From: Clostridia bacterium
GTDB lineage: Bacteria > Bacillota > Clostridia > Oscillospirales > CAG-382
DNA length: 64,000 bases
Direction: 5' to 3'
Assembly (NCBI GenBank): GCA_017620655.1
Contig: JAGAUT010000085.1
Span: 939-64,938 of the forward strand
Positions 55,380 to 64,000 of this stretch are shown here, piece by piece (positions within the stretch are counted from its first letter, which is position 1; each line of letters begins with the position of its first letter). The position numbers were made by a program, and so were the translations under genes. The notes below the pieces were generated by a model. It searched no databases. It was not told where the DNA came from and saw nothing but the letters and a program-made list of their open reading frames with translations.

Positions 55380-55924
55380 CTTGCACAAATGCTCTTTCTT
55401 ACTTGTTCGGCTTTATCGTTTCCGCAAAGAACACGGATAAGCTCAAAGGAAAATTCTTCGGAAGCACCTGCAGCTCTTGCGGTAATCATTTTTCCGTCTG
55501 TCACAACAGCCTTATCTGTATAGATGCCGCCTGCCTCTATAATCTCATTCTCCATGCCGGGATAGCACACGCACTTTTTGCCGCGCACCATATCGAGATA
55601 AGCAAAGATTGTGGGAGAAGCACAGATTGCAGTGACATATTTGCCGTCCGCCTCTGCCTTCTTTACGATTGAACAAACCTTTTCACTTGACTTCATGGCA
55701 TTCATACCGCCAAGACCGCCGGGAAGAATTACCATTTCAATATCATCGGTATAGTCGATTTTATCAAGAGTTGTATCAGCCTTGACAATTATTTTTCTTG
55801 TGCCTGTGGCATATTCACCGTTTACGCCCACGGTTACAATTTCAACGCCTGCACGTCTGAGGTAGTCAACCTGTGTGAGTGCTTCTATTTCTTCCCCCCC
55901 GTCTGCCAAAAACAAAAGTACCAT
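55376..55924 (-). CDS. DJ-1/PfpI/ThiJ family protein
   Basis: 182 aa with nucleophile elbow AICASP. Starts directly after the tmk stop. Confidence 0.8.
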   Translation of the reverse strand: MVLLFLADGGEEIEALTQVDYLRRAGVEIVTVGVNGEYATGTRKIIVKADTTLDKIDYTDDIEMVILPGGLGGMNAMKSSEKVCSIVKKAEADGKYVTAICASPTIFAYLDMVRGKKCVCYPGMENEIIEAGGIYTDKAVVTDGKMITARAAGASEEFSFELIRVLCGNDKAEQVRKSICAR

Positions 55925-56593
55925 TTACAATCTTTCCTTTACAGCATTATAAATCTTCTCGTGTATTTCGGAACGACTGAGCATCTCACCGTTTTGTGTA
56001 CAGCTTATTCTCTGCCAATTCCACTTTTCGCTTGCATATTTGCTTGCTTCATAGCATTTTCTGAGATACTCCGTATCAGCCTCGTGGATATCAGTCTTAT
56101 GGTTTGCGTCTTCCTTTGCACGTTTATCCATAAGAACCTTTGAAACCTCAGGCGGCACATCAAGTGCTATTGTTATATCGGGTACGGGAAGTGCCATCTT
56201 TTTGAACTCGAAATCATACAGCCACGAAAGAAATGTATCCCACTCGTCTTCCGGAAGCTTTACAATCTGATGCACCGCATTGCTGGTTGTATATCTGTCA
56301 AGCACAATCACCGTGTTTTCATCATCAAGAAGCTTTTTCCACTCTGTTCTGTAGGAGAAAAATCTGTCTACGGCAAAAAGCACCGATGCGGAATATGCAT
56401 TTGTGTCCTCGGGTTTTCCGCCGAGAACGCCGTCGAGATACATTTCAACGGGTTTACATGCATCGCTTCCGTAGTTGGGGAATGCAAATTTATAGGTTTT
56501 GTAGCCCTCGGCAGAAAGTCTTTCGAGGAGCATTTGTGTCTGGGTTGCCTTACCCGATGCATCGGGTGCTTCAACCGTAATTAAAAATCCCAT
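55925..56593 (-). CDS. tmk: thymidylate kinase-like (dTMP kinase family) protein
   Basis: 222 aa with P-loop EAPDASGKAT, DRYTTSN and a lid region. Adjacent to thyX. Confidence 0.7.
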   Translation of the reverse strand: MGFLITVEAPDASGKATQTQMLLERLSAEGYKTYKFAFPNYGSDACKPVEMYLDGVLGGKPEDTNAYSASVLFAVDRFFSYRTEWKKLLDDENTVIVLDRYTTSNAVHQIVKLPEDEWDTFLSWLYDFEFKKMALPVPDITIALDVPPEVSKVLMDKRAKEDANHKTDIHEADTEYLRKCYEASKYASEKWNWQRISCTQNGEMLSRSEIHEKIYNAVKERL

Positions 56594-56605
56594 TTTTGTT
56601 TTTCC

Positions 56606-57364
56606 TTACATGTTTTTGAAAAATTCACGCATCTCTTTTGCTTTGCCGCAGGTCATTGCGCCCTCTTTACAGCCGCCCTTGACGCAGGAAGGTCCTGCGT
56701 TCTTAAAGAGCAAAGGCGAAACGCCCTTGACAAGTCTCAACATCTCTGTTGCAAGCTCTCTGATTTCCCACTGTGCTCTTGTGCAGGTTCTGAGTGCAAA
56801 GAAATTATAGAGCGAACGCACATTCATTGTCATCACAATCTTTGTGTCGCAGGCATTGGAAAGGACATATCTTGCATCCTCCTGAGCCTTTTTCTTCGAA
56901 TTCTTCTCAGCTGTCTTTTCGTCAAGTCCTTCACTGAGCATTGTTTCCTTATGCTTTGCCGAAAGGATTTCATTAAGCTTTTTATACGTTTCTCTGTCGC
57001 TTTCCATAGCCTTGATGAAAAGTTCCTTTGCTTCGGGAACAGCCTCGATTTCCGGAGGAATTATGTAGTCAAAGTTTTCCTTCCCCACATATCTCTGGCT
57101 CTGAACGCTGTAAGAAGCAAGTCTGTGACGTGTGAGCTGTGCAAGAAGCGAGCGCGAAACACCCTCAATTGCAAATGTAAAGCACACATGCTCAACAGGA
57201 CTTTCGTGTCCGAGGCTCATTAACATATTTATAAAGCTCTCACACTTTTCGGGGGTCATTTTTTCGAGTATGTCGTCAACACCAACCTCGGAGTAGCAGA
57301 GCTTTGCCGCCGCCGCTATTACTCTCTCGGGTTCGGGTGTATGTTCAAGAAGTTCTACTTTCAT
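56606..57364 (-). CDS. thyX: FAD-dependent thymidylate synthase ThyX
   Basis: ATG 57364 (GAGAGGT RBS). The ThyX motif [13 protein letters not shown] is present. Cys-rich C-terminal tail. Confidence 0.9.
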   Translation of the reverse strand: MKVELLEHTPEPERVIAAAAKLCYSEVGVDDILEKMTPEKCESFINMLMSLGHESPVEHVCFTFAIEGVSRSLLAQLTRHRLASYSVQSQRYVGKENFDYIIPPEIEAVPEAKELFIKAMESDRETYKKLNEILSAKHKETMLSEGLDEKTAEKNSKKKAQEDARYVLSNACDTKIVMTMNVRSLYNFFALRTCTRAQWEIRELATEMLRLVKGVSPLLFKNAGPSCVKGGCKEGAMTCGKAKEMREFFKNM

Positions 57365-57393
57365 TTTCTTACCTCTCAACCTTTGCCTTTTAC

Positions 57394-57741
57394 TTAAAAC
57401 AATCCGGGCATATTAAGACCGCTTGTAACCTTGCTCATCGCTTCGCCGCTCTTTGCATCAACCGTCTTTATTGCTTCGTTTACTGCCGCAACAATAAGGT
57501 CCTGCAATGTTTCGATATCATCGGGGTCAACTACGTCCTCATCAAGCTCGATGGAGAGAATTTCTCTGTTGCCCTTGATTTCAATCTTTACGGCGCCGCC
57601 GCCTGCTGTAACTTCTGTTACTTCTTCTTCAAGCTCTGCCTGCACTCTTTCCATATCTTCCTGCATCTTCTGTGCCTGCTTAAGCATTGCCTGCATATTC
57701 TGGGGACCGCCGCCCATACCCTTGGGAAGTCTTGCTTTCAT
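57394..57741 (-). CDS. ybaB: YbaB/EbfC nucleoid-associated protein
   Basis: Trimmed to ATG 57741 (AGAGAGGT RBS). 115 aa with [16 protein letters not shown]...VKIEIKGN. Confidence 0.85.
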   Translation of the reverse strand: MKARLPKGMGGGPQNMQAMLKQAQKMQEDMERVQAELEEEVTEVTAGGGAVKIEIKGNREILSIELDEDVVDPDDIETLQDLIVAAVNEAIKTVDAKSGEAMSKVTSGLNMPGLF

Positions 57742-57888
57742 TTCATTTACCTCTCTTTTATATGAAAATATAATTAACTGATTTATTGTACCATAAATGC
57801 GATTGCTTTTCAAGTACATACATATAAATTCTCATTCGGACAGTCGGGGACGCCTGTCCCTACACCCCCGACTCCTAAGCCCATAAAA

Positions 57889-59859
57889 CTATTTGACCTT
57901 GAGAGCAATAATTTTATCACGAAGTGCTGCCGCAAGTTCAAAGTCAAGGCGTTTTGCCGCATCCTTCATCTGAGCTGTTAAGCGTTCAACGGTTGTTTCA
58001 AGTTCCTTCTTTGACATCTTCTTGGGCTTGCCGTCTTTAGTTTTGTCTTCCTTGATAGCAATATCAAGAACATCTCTTATTTCCTTCTTGATTGTAACAG
58101 GAACTATGCCGTTTGCCTTGTTATAATCGTCCTGCTTTTTGCGGCGTCTTTTTGTTTCGTCAATAGCCCGTTGCATTGAGCCTGTTATTGTATCGGCATA
58201 CATTATAACCTTACCTTCGGCGTTTCTTGCCGCACGTCCGACAGTCTGGATGAGGGAAGTTTCACTTCTCAGGAAGCCTTCTTTATCCGCATCAAGTATT
58301 GCAACAAGCGACACTTCGGGAAGGTCAAGCCCCTCTCGCAAGAGGTTGATGCCAATCAGTACATCAAACACGCCAAGACGAAGGTCGCGAAGCAGTTGCA
58401 TACGTTCAATGGTATCAATACCAAAGTGCATATAACGGCACTTTATATCGTGGGTGCCGAGATATTCCGTCAGGTCCTCTGCCATGGTTTTGGTGAGGGT
58501 TGTGACAAGCACTCTTTCCTTTTTTTCAACTCTCTGTCTGATTTCGCCGATAAGGTCATCAATCTGCCCCTTTATGGGTCTTACCTCAATGTCGGGGTCA
58601 AGAAGTCCTGTGGGTCGTATAATCTGCTCGGCAATACGCTCTGCCCTGTTTTTCTCGTATTCCGACGGTGTTGCAGAAACGTATATTACCTGATTTAATC
58701 TTTCCTGAAATTCCTCAAACCGTAAGGGTCTATTATCGTAGGCAGACGGAAGTCTGAAGCCGTAGTCAATAAGATTCTTTTTTCTGGCAAAGTCGCCGCC
58801 GCTCATGGCTCTTACCTGTGGAAGTGTTACGTGGGACTCGTCAACGAGAAGCAAAAAATCTTTTGGAAAATAGTCGAGAAGTGTATATGGCGTGCTTCCT
58901 TCGGGTCTGCCTGACAGCACTCTCGAATAGTTTTCAACACCCGAGCAGTAACCGAGCTCCGAGAGCATCTCCATGTCGTATCTTGTTCTTTCCTCTATTC
59001 GCTGTGCTTCTATAAACTTGTTTTCGCTCTTGAAATAGTCAACCCTTTGCGACATTTCTTCTAAGATGTCATTTATCGCCTTTTGTCTTTTATCATCGCT
59101 TGTAACATAGTGGGTTGCAGGGGTGATTACGGCACGGTTGAGTCTGTGAAGAACCTCACCCGTAACCACATCTATTTCCGAAACCTCATCAATTTCATCG
59201 CCGAAAAACTCAACTCTTACCGCATTCTTTTCGGATGCCGACGGGAACACCTCAACAGTATCTCCTCTTACTCTGAACTTATTGCGTTCCAGCACCATAT
59301 CGTTACGTTCATACTGAATCTTGACCAAATCCGCAATAAACCGGTTTCGGCTGATTTCAAGTCCCCTTGTTGCCGAGACAGTCATATTTTTATATTCAAC
59401 AGGGTCGCCGAGGGTGTATATACAGGATACCGATGCCACAATGATTACATCACGTCTTTCAAAGAGCGCACTTGTTGCACTGTGACGCATTTTGTCTATG
59501 TCGTCGTTAATCGAGCTGTCCTTTTCGATATAGGTATCCTTGCCGGGAATATATGCTTCAGGCTGGTAGTAATCATAGTAGGACACGAAAAACTCTACGG
59601 CGTTTTCGGGGAAAAATTCCTTGAATTCAGAACAAAGCTGTGCGGCAAGTGTCTTGTTGTGGGCAAGAACAAGCGTGGGTTTGTTTGCCTTTGCGATAAT
59701 ATTCGCCATGGTAAAAGTTTTACCCGAACCCGTAACACCGACGAGCACCTGCTCTTTGAGTCCTTTATTCACACCGTCTGCCAAAGCATCAATGGCTTCG
59801 GGTTGGTCACCCATGGGTTTGAAGTTCGATACCAGTTTGAAATAATCCACTTGTCTCAC
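57889..59859 (-). CDS. uvrB: excinuclease ABC subunit B
   Basis: 656 aa with [12 protein letters not shown], helicase motifs and the C-terminal UVR domain ([24 protein letters not shown]). Confidence 0.97.
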   Translation of the reverse strand: MRQVDYFKLVSNFKPMGDQPEAIDALADGVNKGLKEQVLVGVTGSGKTFTMANIIAKANKPTLVLAHNKTLAAQLCSEFKEFFPENAVEFFVSYYDYYQPEAYIPGKDTYIEKDSSINDDIDKMRHSATSALFERRDVIIVASVSCIYTLGDPVEYKNMTVSATRGLEISRNRFIADLVKIQYERNDMVLERNKFRVRGDTVEVFPSASEKNAVRVEFFGDEIDEVSEIDVVTGEVLHRLNRAVITPATHYVTSDDKRQKAINDILEEMSQRVDYFKSENKFIEAQRIEERTRYDMEMLSELGYCSGVENYSRVLSGRPEGSTPYTLLDYFPKDFLLLVDESHVTLPQVRAMSGGDFARKKNLIDYGFRLPSAYDNRPLRFEEFQERLNQVIYVSATPSEYEKNRAERIAEQIIRPTGLLDPDIEVRPIKGQIDDLIGEIRQRVEKKERVLVTTLTKTMAEDLTEYLGTHDIKCRYMHFGIDTIERMQLLRDLRLGVFDVLIGINLLREGLDLPEVSLVAILDADKEGFLRSETSLIQTVGRAARNAEGKVIMYADTITGSMQRAIDETKRRRKKQDDYNKANGIVPVTIKKEIRDVLDIAIKEDKTKDGKPKKMSKKELETTVERLTAQMKDAAKRLDFELAAALRDKIIALKVK

Positions 59860-59931
59860 CGCCTTTCTTCTGATTTATTCTATCATATTTTTCCGCAATT
59901 TACAATAAGTATTTATAAAAGGAGGATTAAT

Positions 59932-60114
59932 ATGAAAAAGATATTATTCTTACAATATCTGATGTGTTCTTTTTTACTGATTTTTGGTATTTTTCTGTCT
60001 GTTCGTTCATCCGTAAGGGCAGTCAGAACAGGGACCTTTGACTCTGCTTCATTTTTTAACGATACCTTCGAGGATTTGAGCAATAATTGCTTTGCACAGC
60101 TTTTCTATGATTAA
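59932..60114 (+). CDS. hypothetical small membrane protein
   Basis: 60 aa. The ATG follows AAGGAGGA. One TM helix. Overlaps the next gene by 8 nt. Confidence 0.45.
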   Translation: MKKILFLQYLMCSFLLIFGIFLSVRSSVRAVRTGTFDSASFFNDTFEDLSNNCFAQLFYD

Positions 60115-60742
60115 TAAACATTTCGGAATTATAAGGATTTGGGACAAAATTCATGTCAGCGTTTTCTCCTTTTTTGCCCTTGTATGTTTCATTTCGGCTC
60201 AGGGGTTTATATATTCCTCGCTTTTTCTGTCATGCACTCTGCTTCATGAACTGTCGCACATTTTGTTTATGTACCTGTTTGGTGTAAAAATCTCAAAAAT
60301 TACCGTCTATCCCTTCGGCATTGACATTTCCGCCGACACTTCCCGTATCTCCTACAAAAAAGAACTCATCATCACCCTTGCCGGCAGTGCTTCAAATCTC
60401 ATCTTTGCCTTTATCGGTTGTGTTTTTCTTCAAAAGCACCCCTCTCCGCCGCTCTTGTTCTTTGTCATGTGCAACCTGTTTCTCGGCTGTATGAATCTCA
60501 TTCCCCTGTCTTTTTTTGACGGCGGTAAGGCTATTCGTCTTATTCTTTACGATTGTCTTGATATAGACAGAGCCTTTTACATTCACAAAGGACTAGACAT
60601 ATTCTCGGCATTGATTTTTATATGCTTTTCTGTTTTTTTAATGGCAGGCTCAAGCTTCAATTTGTCCGTAATTTGCGTTGTTGTTTACGCATCACTTTCA
60701 ACCTTTGCTTTATATATTAAAATTCCCTGTCGCAAGCCTTAA
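60107..60742 (+). CDS. M50-family site-2 protease (SpoIVFB-like)
   Basis: 211 aa with an HELSH zinc motif in a TM helix and a later NLIPLSFFDGG motif. Confidence 0.7.
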   Translation: MINKHFGIIRIWDKIHVSVFSFFALVCFISAQGFIYSSLFLSCTLLHELSHILFMYLFGVKISKITVYPFGIDISADTSRISYKKELIITLAGSASNLIFAFIGCVFLQKHPSPPLLFFVMCNLFLGCMNLIPLSFFDGGKAIRLILYDCLDIDRAFYIHKGLDIFSALIFICFSVFLMAGSSFNLSVICVVVYASLSTFALYIKIPCRKP

Positions 60743-60932
60743 TGCGACAGGGAATGGTTTGTTACGCGAATTATTCAGTTTGTTAATGACAAAAACCGCC
60801 CGCGATGTTTGCCGCGGTGCTTCACCGCACCTGTCGCAAGCCTTAATGCGACAGGGAATGGTTTGTTGCGCGAATTATTCAGTTTGTTAATTGCAAAAAC
60901 TGCCCGCTATGTTTGCCGCAGTGCTTCACCGC
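60726..60932 (+). repeat. family-X element, two direct tandem copies (104-nt period, ~93% identical)
   Basis: CCTGTCGCAAGCCTTAATGCGACAGGGAATGGTTTGTT... begins at 60726 and again at 60830. About 7 mismatches counted by eye. Confidence 0.9.
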
Positions 60933-61573
60933 TTTATAATCTTTACCTTTTCGCCATTCTTTAAACCGCAGGCATTTGCATCGTCTGTATCAATGTGCAT
61001 TTCAACATTGAAGTCGTCTCTTACTCTTACCTGAACATCAAAGAACTTTGTGGGCTTGATGCTTTCAACAAGTACGTCTACATAGTCGCCGTCCTTGATG
61101 CCGTTCTTCTGCGCATACTCAGGCGTAAGGTGGATATGGCGGTTGGCAATAATTACGCCTTCCTTGAGATAAACAGACCCCTTAGGACCAACAAGCACGA
61201 GCTTTTCACTGCCCTTGATGTCACCCGAAGGTCTTACAGGCGGACTTACCTTGAGCACAAACGTGTCTGTTCTTGAGATTTCAACCTGTGTGTTCTTTCT
61301 TACAGGTCCGAGTACTCTTACACCTTCAATAGCTCTGAGTGAAGGACCTACGAGAGTTACAAGCTGGTCGGAAGCAAATTCACGTCCCATAAGTGTCTTC
61401 TTCTTGGTAAGCTCAAAGCCCTTGCCGAAAAGCGTGTCAAGGTCTTCTCTCGACAAATGAACGTGTCTTGCCGAAATACCAATCTTTATATCATTATCAT
61501 CGCCGCTTTCAGCCGCCTGCATCTGTTCTACAGCCTTTTTGACAGCCTCGGCGATTACCTTTTCATCATACAT
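60926..61573 (-). CDS. pduL: phosphate propanoyl/acyl-transferase PduL
   Basis: 215 aa with two PduL repeats (GISARHVHLS..; IIANRHIHLTP..). N-terminal amphipathic helix EKVIAEAVKKAVEQM. Confidence 0.85.
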   Translation of the reverse strand: MYDEKVIAEAVKKAVEQMQAAESGDDNDIKIGISARHVHLSREDLDTLFGKGFELTKKKTLMGREFASDQLVTLVGPSLRAIEGVRVLGPVRKNTQVEISRTDTFVLKVSPPVRPSGDIKGSEKLVLVGPKGSVYLKEGVIIANRHIHLTPEYAQKNGIKDGDYVDVLVESIKPTKFFDVQVRVRDDFNVEMHIDTDDANACGLKNGEKVKIIKR

Positions 61574-61607
61574 ATTCTTTCCTCTTTTCTATTCGGAAAA
61601 TGGAGTC

Positions 61608-62270
61608 TTACTGTCTTTCAAGCCCCTGTGTCATGTCGAAGAACTTGAGAATCTCGGTGTGAGGATTTGCAATAACTTCACAGCCGTATGTCTTGGAGTA
61701 GGGCTCTGTTTCAGTCTTGCCTCTTTCAAGTGCCGCAGTTACTGCATCAACCTTGCCTGCTACGATTAAAGTTACAAGTCGTCCGCCAAGTCTCTTTTCA
61801 GTATGTACAAGTCTTACATCTGCCGCCTTTACCATGGCATCAAGACCGATAATTGCAGCGGTATTTCCCTCAACCTCAAGAAGACCGATTGCCGACGCAC
61901 CTTCTACTTCGTATACGTCCTCGGCACCTCTCAAATTCTTGGGAAGCTTCTTGTTAAACTTATCCTTATTGATATCCATAAGGTATGTCATATTCTCAAC
62001 GCCTTCGCCGGGGTTGGGAATAACGTGAGATACAATATAGTGTCCCTTACCTTCTGCATATGCCTTTGCCGCTTCAACAGATGCCTTTACGTCCGCAACG
62101 TTACCCATAATTTTTGCACCCATGATAAGGGGTACGGGAAAACCGGGGTTGAAGGGTCTGTTTCTGTCAAAAGCAATAACCTTTACATTACCTGTTTTTG
62201 CCATGGTATCAGCCGCAACAACCGCAGTTGTAAAGCTGTATACCTCAATCATTCCAAATGCATTATTCAT
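61608..62270 (-). CDS. tandem BMC-domain shell protein (BMC-T)
   Basis: 220 aa with two BMC domains (FGMIEVYSFTTAVVAADTMAKTGNV; AIGLLEVEGNTAAIIGLDAMVKAADV). Confidence 0.8.
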   Translation of the reverse strand: MNNAFGMIEVYSFTTAVVAADTMAKTGNVKVIAFDRNRPFNPGFPVPLIMGAKIMGNVADVKASVEAAKAYAEGKGHYIVSHVIPNPGEGVENMTYLMDINKDKFNKKLPKNLRGAEDVYEVEGASAIGLLEVEGNTAAIIGLDAMVKAADVRLVHTEKRLGGRLVTLIVAGKVDAVTAALERGKTETEPYSKTYGCEVIANPHTEILKFFDMTQGLERQ

Positions 62271-62541
62271 ATATCTTTTCCTTTCCCCCTACTTTTCTTT
62301 CGAAAAAAAGCAGGCAAAAGAACTCGCAATTAGCACCATTCTGTCGGATTCTAAAAACGATTATTCGCTGCTCGATTGGAGTTTCATTTTGCCGTCAATA
62401 AGGCAGACGGCAAAATGATTACAATTTTTTATTAAGTTTGTCTGCTTGCGTTTATGGCAGACAAACGATGTTGGTTGAGCGACACCCGAAGCCGAACTTT
62501 TCACAAGCATTTCCCGTGAATTGCCGGCGGAGGCTCTCCGC
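62271..62541 (-). repeat. mosaic block J: degenerate R module (62288-62325), conserved-loop hairpin (62385-62417), hairpin 62436-62466, partial X (62478-62541)
   Basis: Each module has a homologue elsewhere in the window (26631-26666, 26725-26757, 3291-3321, 41885-41930). Confidence 0.8.
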
Positions 62542-63924
62542 TTAGACGATATGGAAGCCGTCAACAAGAACGCATCTTCTCTGACGTGTAAAGGAGTGAG
62601 CAGCTGTCAGACCTTCACCTGTAGGACCTGCGATTGTAAATGTAGTATAACCTTCGCCGCCTGCACCTATACCTGCGTAACTTGGTGCGTTCTTTACAAA
62701 GATTGTTGTTTCAACAGCCTTCGCAAAGCGTGTGAGGTGGTCAACGTTCTTTGAGTGGATGTGTGCAGAGTGGCGGTTGCCGTGTTCTGCCTTGCATGCA
62801 AGCTCAATTGCTTCATCTATGTCCTTTACTCTGACAATACCGAGTACGGGCATCATCATTTCAACATATACAAAGGGATGGTCGTTGGGAACTTCTGCAA
62901 TAACAAGTCTTGCATCTGCTTCAATACCGATTGCCTTCAGGAACTTGGAAGCATCTCTGCCTACCCAGTCCTTGTTGATGCTGTACTTGCCGTTCTTTTC
63001 AACAAGACAAGTCTTTACGAGCTTATCAATCTGATCGCCCTTGATAAGGTATGCGCCGTTCTTCTGCATGGAAGATATAAGCTTATCGGCAACATTGTCA
63101 AATACAAAGCATTCCTTTTCAGCTATACAAGGAAGGTTGTTATCAAAAGAAGCACCGAGAACAATGTCTCTGCCTGCCTTTTCAATGTCGGCTGTATCGT
63201 CAACAATTACAGGAGGATTACCTGCACCTGCGCCGATTGCCTTCTTGCCTGAAGAAAGAAGTGCCTTTACAACGCCGGGACCGCCTGTAGCTACAAGCAT
63301 CTTAACAATAGGAGAAGCCATCATTTCGTCAGAGCTTTCCTTTGTGGGATTTTCTACAGTAACAACAAGATTTTCGGGACCGCCTGCCTCAAGTATCGCT
63401 CTGTTTACAAGGTCAACTGCATAGTTTGCAGTCTTGCAAGCATTGGGGTGAGGGTTGAATACAACACCGTTACCGCCGGCAATCATACCAATAGAGTTAC
63501 AGATAACCGTTTCACTGGGGTTTGTTGAAGGTGTGATGGAACCGATAACACCGTAGGGTGCCATTTCTATAAGGGTAAGACCTGCGTCACCCGACATTGC
63601 TGTGGGATGCAAATCTTCTGTACCGGGAGTCTTATTGGCAACGAGCTGGTGCTTGATAATCTTATCGGAAACTCTGCCCATGCCCGTTTCTTCAACACCG
63701 AGCTTTGCCATGTTTTCAGCTTCGGCAAGTGTAAGCTCTCTTATCTTTGCAATCATCTTTTCTCTCTGCTCGATAGAGTAGCTTCTGTACTGCTTGTATG
63801 CCTTGTCAACTGCTGCAAGTGCTTCGGACATTGTAGGGAATACGCCCTTCTGCTTGTTGGGGCTGCCCATTGTGGATTTTACTACGCTTGCTACGATTTC
63901 GCTAATCAATCTTTCGTCCAGCAT
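62542..63924 (-). CDS. CoA-acylating aldehyde dehydrogenase (PduP/EutE type)
   Basis: 460 aa with catalytic NNLPCIAEKE and an N-terminal helix ERLISEIVASVVKS (encapsulation-peptide-like). Confidence 0.85.
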   Translation of the reverse strand: MLDERLISEIVASVVKSTMGSPNKQKGVFPTMSEALAAVDKAYKQYRSYSIEQREKMIAKIRELTLAEAENMAKLGVEETGMGRVSDKIIKHQLVANKTPGTEDLHPTAMSGDAGLTLIEMAPYGVIGSITPSTNPSETVICNSIGMIAGGNGVVFNPHPNACKTANYAVDLVNRAILEAGGPENLVVTVENPTKESSDEMMASPIVKMLVATGGPGVVKALLSSGKKAIGAGAGNPPVIVDDTADIEKAGRDIVLGASFDNNLPCIAEKECFVFDNVADKLISSMQKNGAYLIKGDQIDKLVKTCLVEKNGKYSINKDWVGRDASKFLKAIGIEADARLVIAEVPNDHPFVYVEMMMPVLGIVRVKDIDEAIELACKAEHGNRHSAHIHSKNVDHLTRFAKAVETTIFVKNAPSYAGIGAGGEGYTTFTIAGPTGEGLTAAHSFTRQRRCVLVDGFHIV

Positions 63925-63962
63925 ATTTTTTCTCCTCTTTATATGAAGTGTGTTTTATAAAC

Positions 63963-64000
63963 CTAAATACGCACAGTTTGGACAGCCCCGCCTTCGATTT
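63963..64000 (-). CDS. 3' end of an unidentified gene (..IEGGAVQTVRI*), continues beyond window
   Basis: Open frame from the window edge to TAG (63963-63965 on minus). Only 11 codons are visible, so the product is unassignable. Confidence 0.3.
   Translation of the reverse strand, partial: IEGGAVQTVRI

Noticed and set aside
59083-60114. 343-aa plus-strand ORF
   Set aside because: Most of it is antisense to uvrB. Only the last 61 codons (59932-60114), which lie outside uvrB and follow an AAGGAGGA RBS, were kept as a small-protein call.
1-64000. Mobile genetic element, prophage or defence island
   Set aside because: No transposase, recombinase, phage structural, restriction-modification, toxin-antitoxin, Cas, reverse-transcriptase or other defence-type domains were recognised in any ORF of 60 aa or more. 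The repeats are the only mobile-looking content.

Overview
64-kb chromosomal segment that looks like a spore-forming Clostridia genome. My guess is Oscillospiraceae/Ruminococcus-like, inferred from an alpha/beta SASP, YtfJ/DUF2953, a SpoIVFB-like protease and a cohesin+dockerin protein. I call about 69 protein genes, mostly housekeeping. They include tex, rpiB, nifS-nifU, acpP, a nucleobase permease, rplJ-rplL, pgeF, proA/proB, secA, prfA, tsaC, coaE, a galK-like kinase, thyX-tmk, uvrB and ThiT behind a TPP riboswitch. The right edge holds part of a bacterial microcompartment (BMC) locus: acylating aldehyde dehydrogenase, a tandem-BMC shell protein and PduL. I recognised no rRNA, tRNA, CRISPR array, transposase, integrase or phage genes. 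The most unusual content is non-coding: a dense set of structured intergenic repeats in at least four sequence families, which I label P, T, R and X. By hand tally they cover about 2.4 kb, roughly 4% of the window. They sit exactly at gene borders, with stop codons abutting or inside hairpins and ribosome-binding sites directly after them. They split expected operons (nifS|nifU, proA|GNAT|proB, aldehyde DH|BMC-T) and bracket single genes. Copies differ by compensatory stem substitutions while loops and flanks stay conserved. No mobilising enzyme is visible here. Secondary points: NifS carries Ser where the catalytic persulfide Cys is expected, the nucleobase-permease leader has a terminator/antiterminator with no riboswitch class I could recognise, rplJL lies outside its usual cluster, and there is a GNAT/TmrB-like islet. 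All family names come from motif recognition by eye; nothing was searched or computed.
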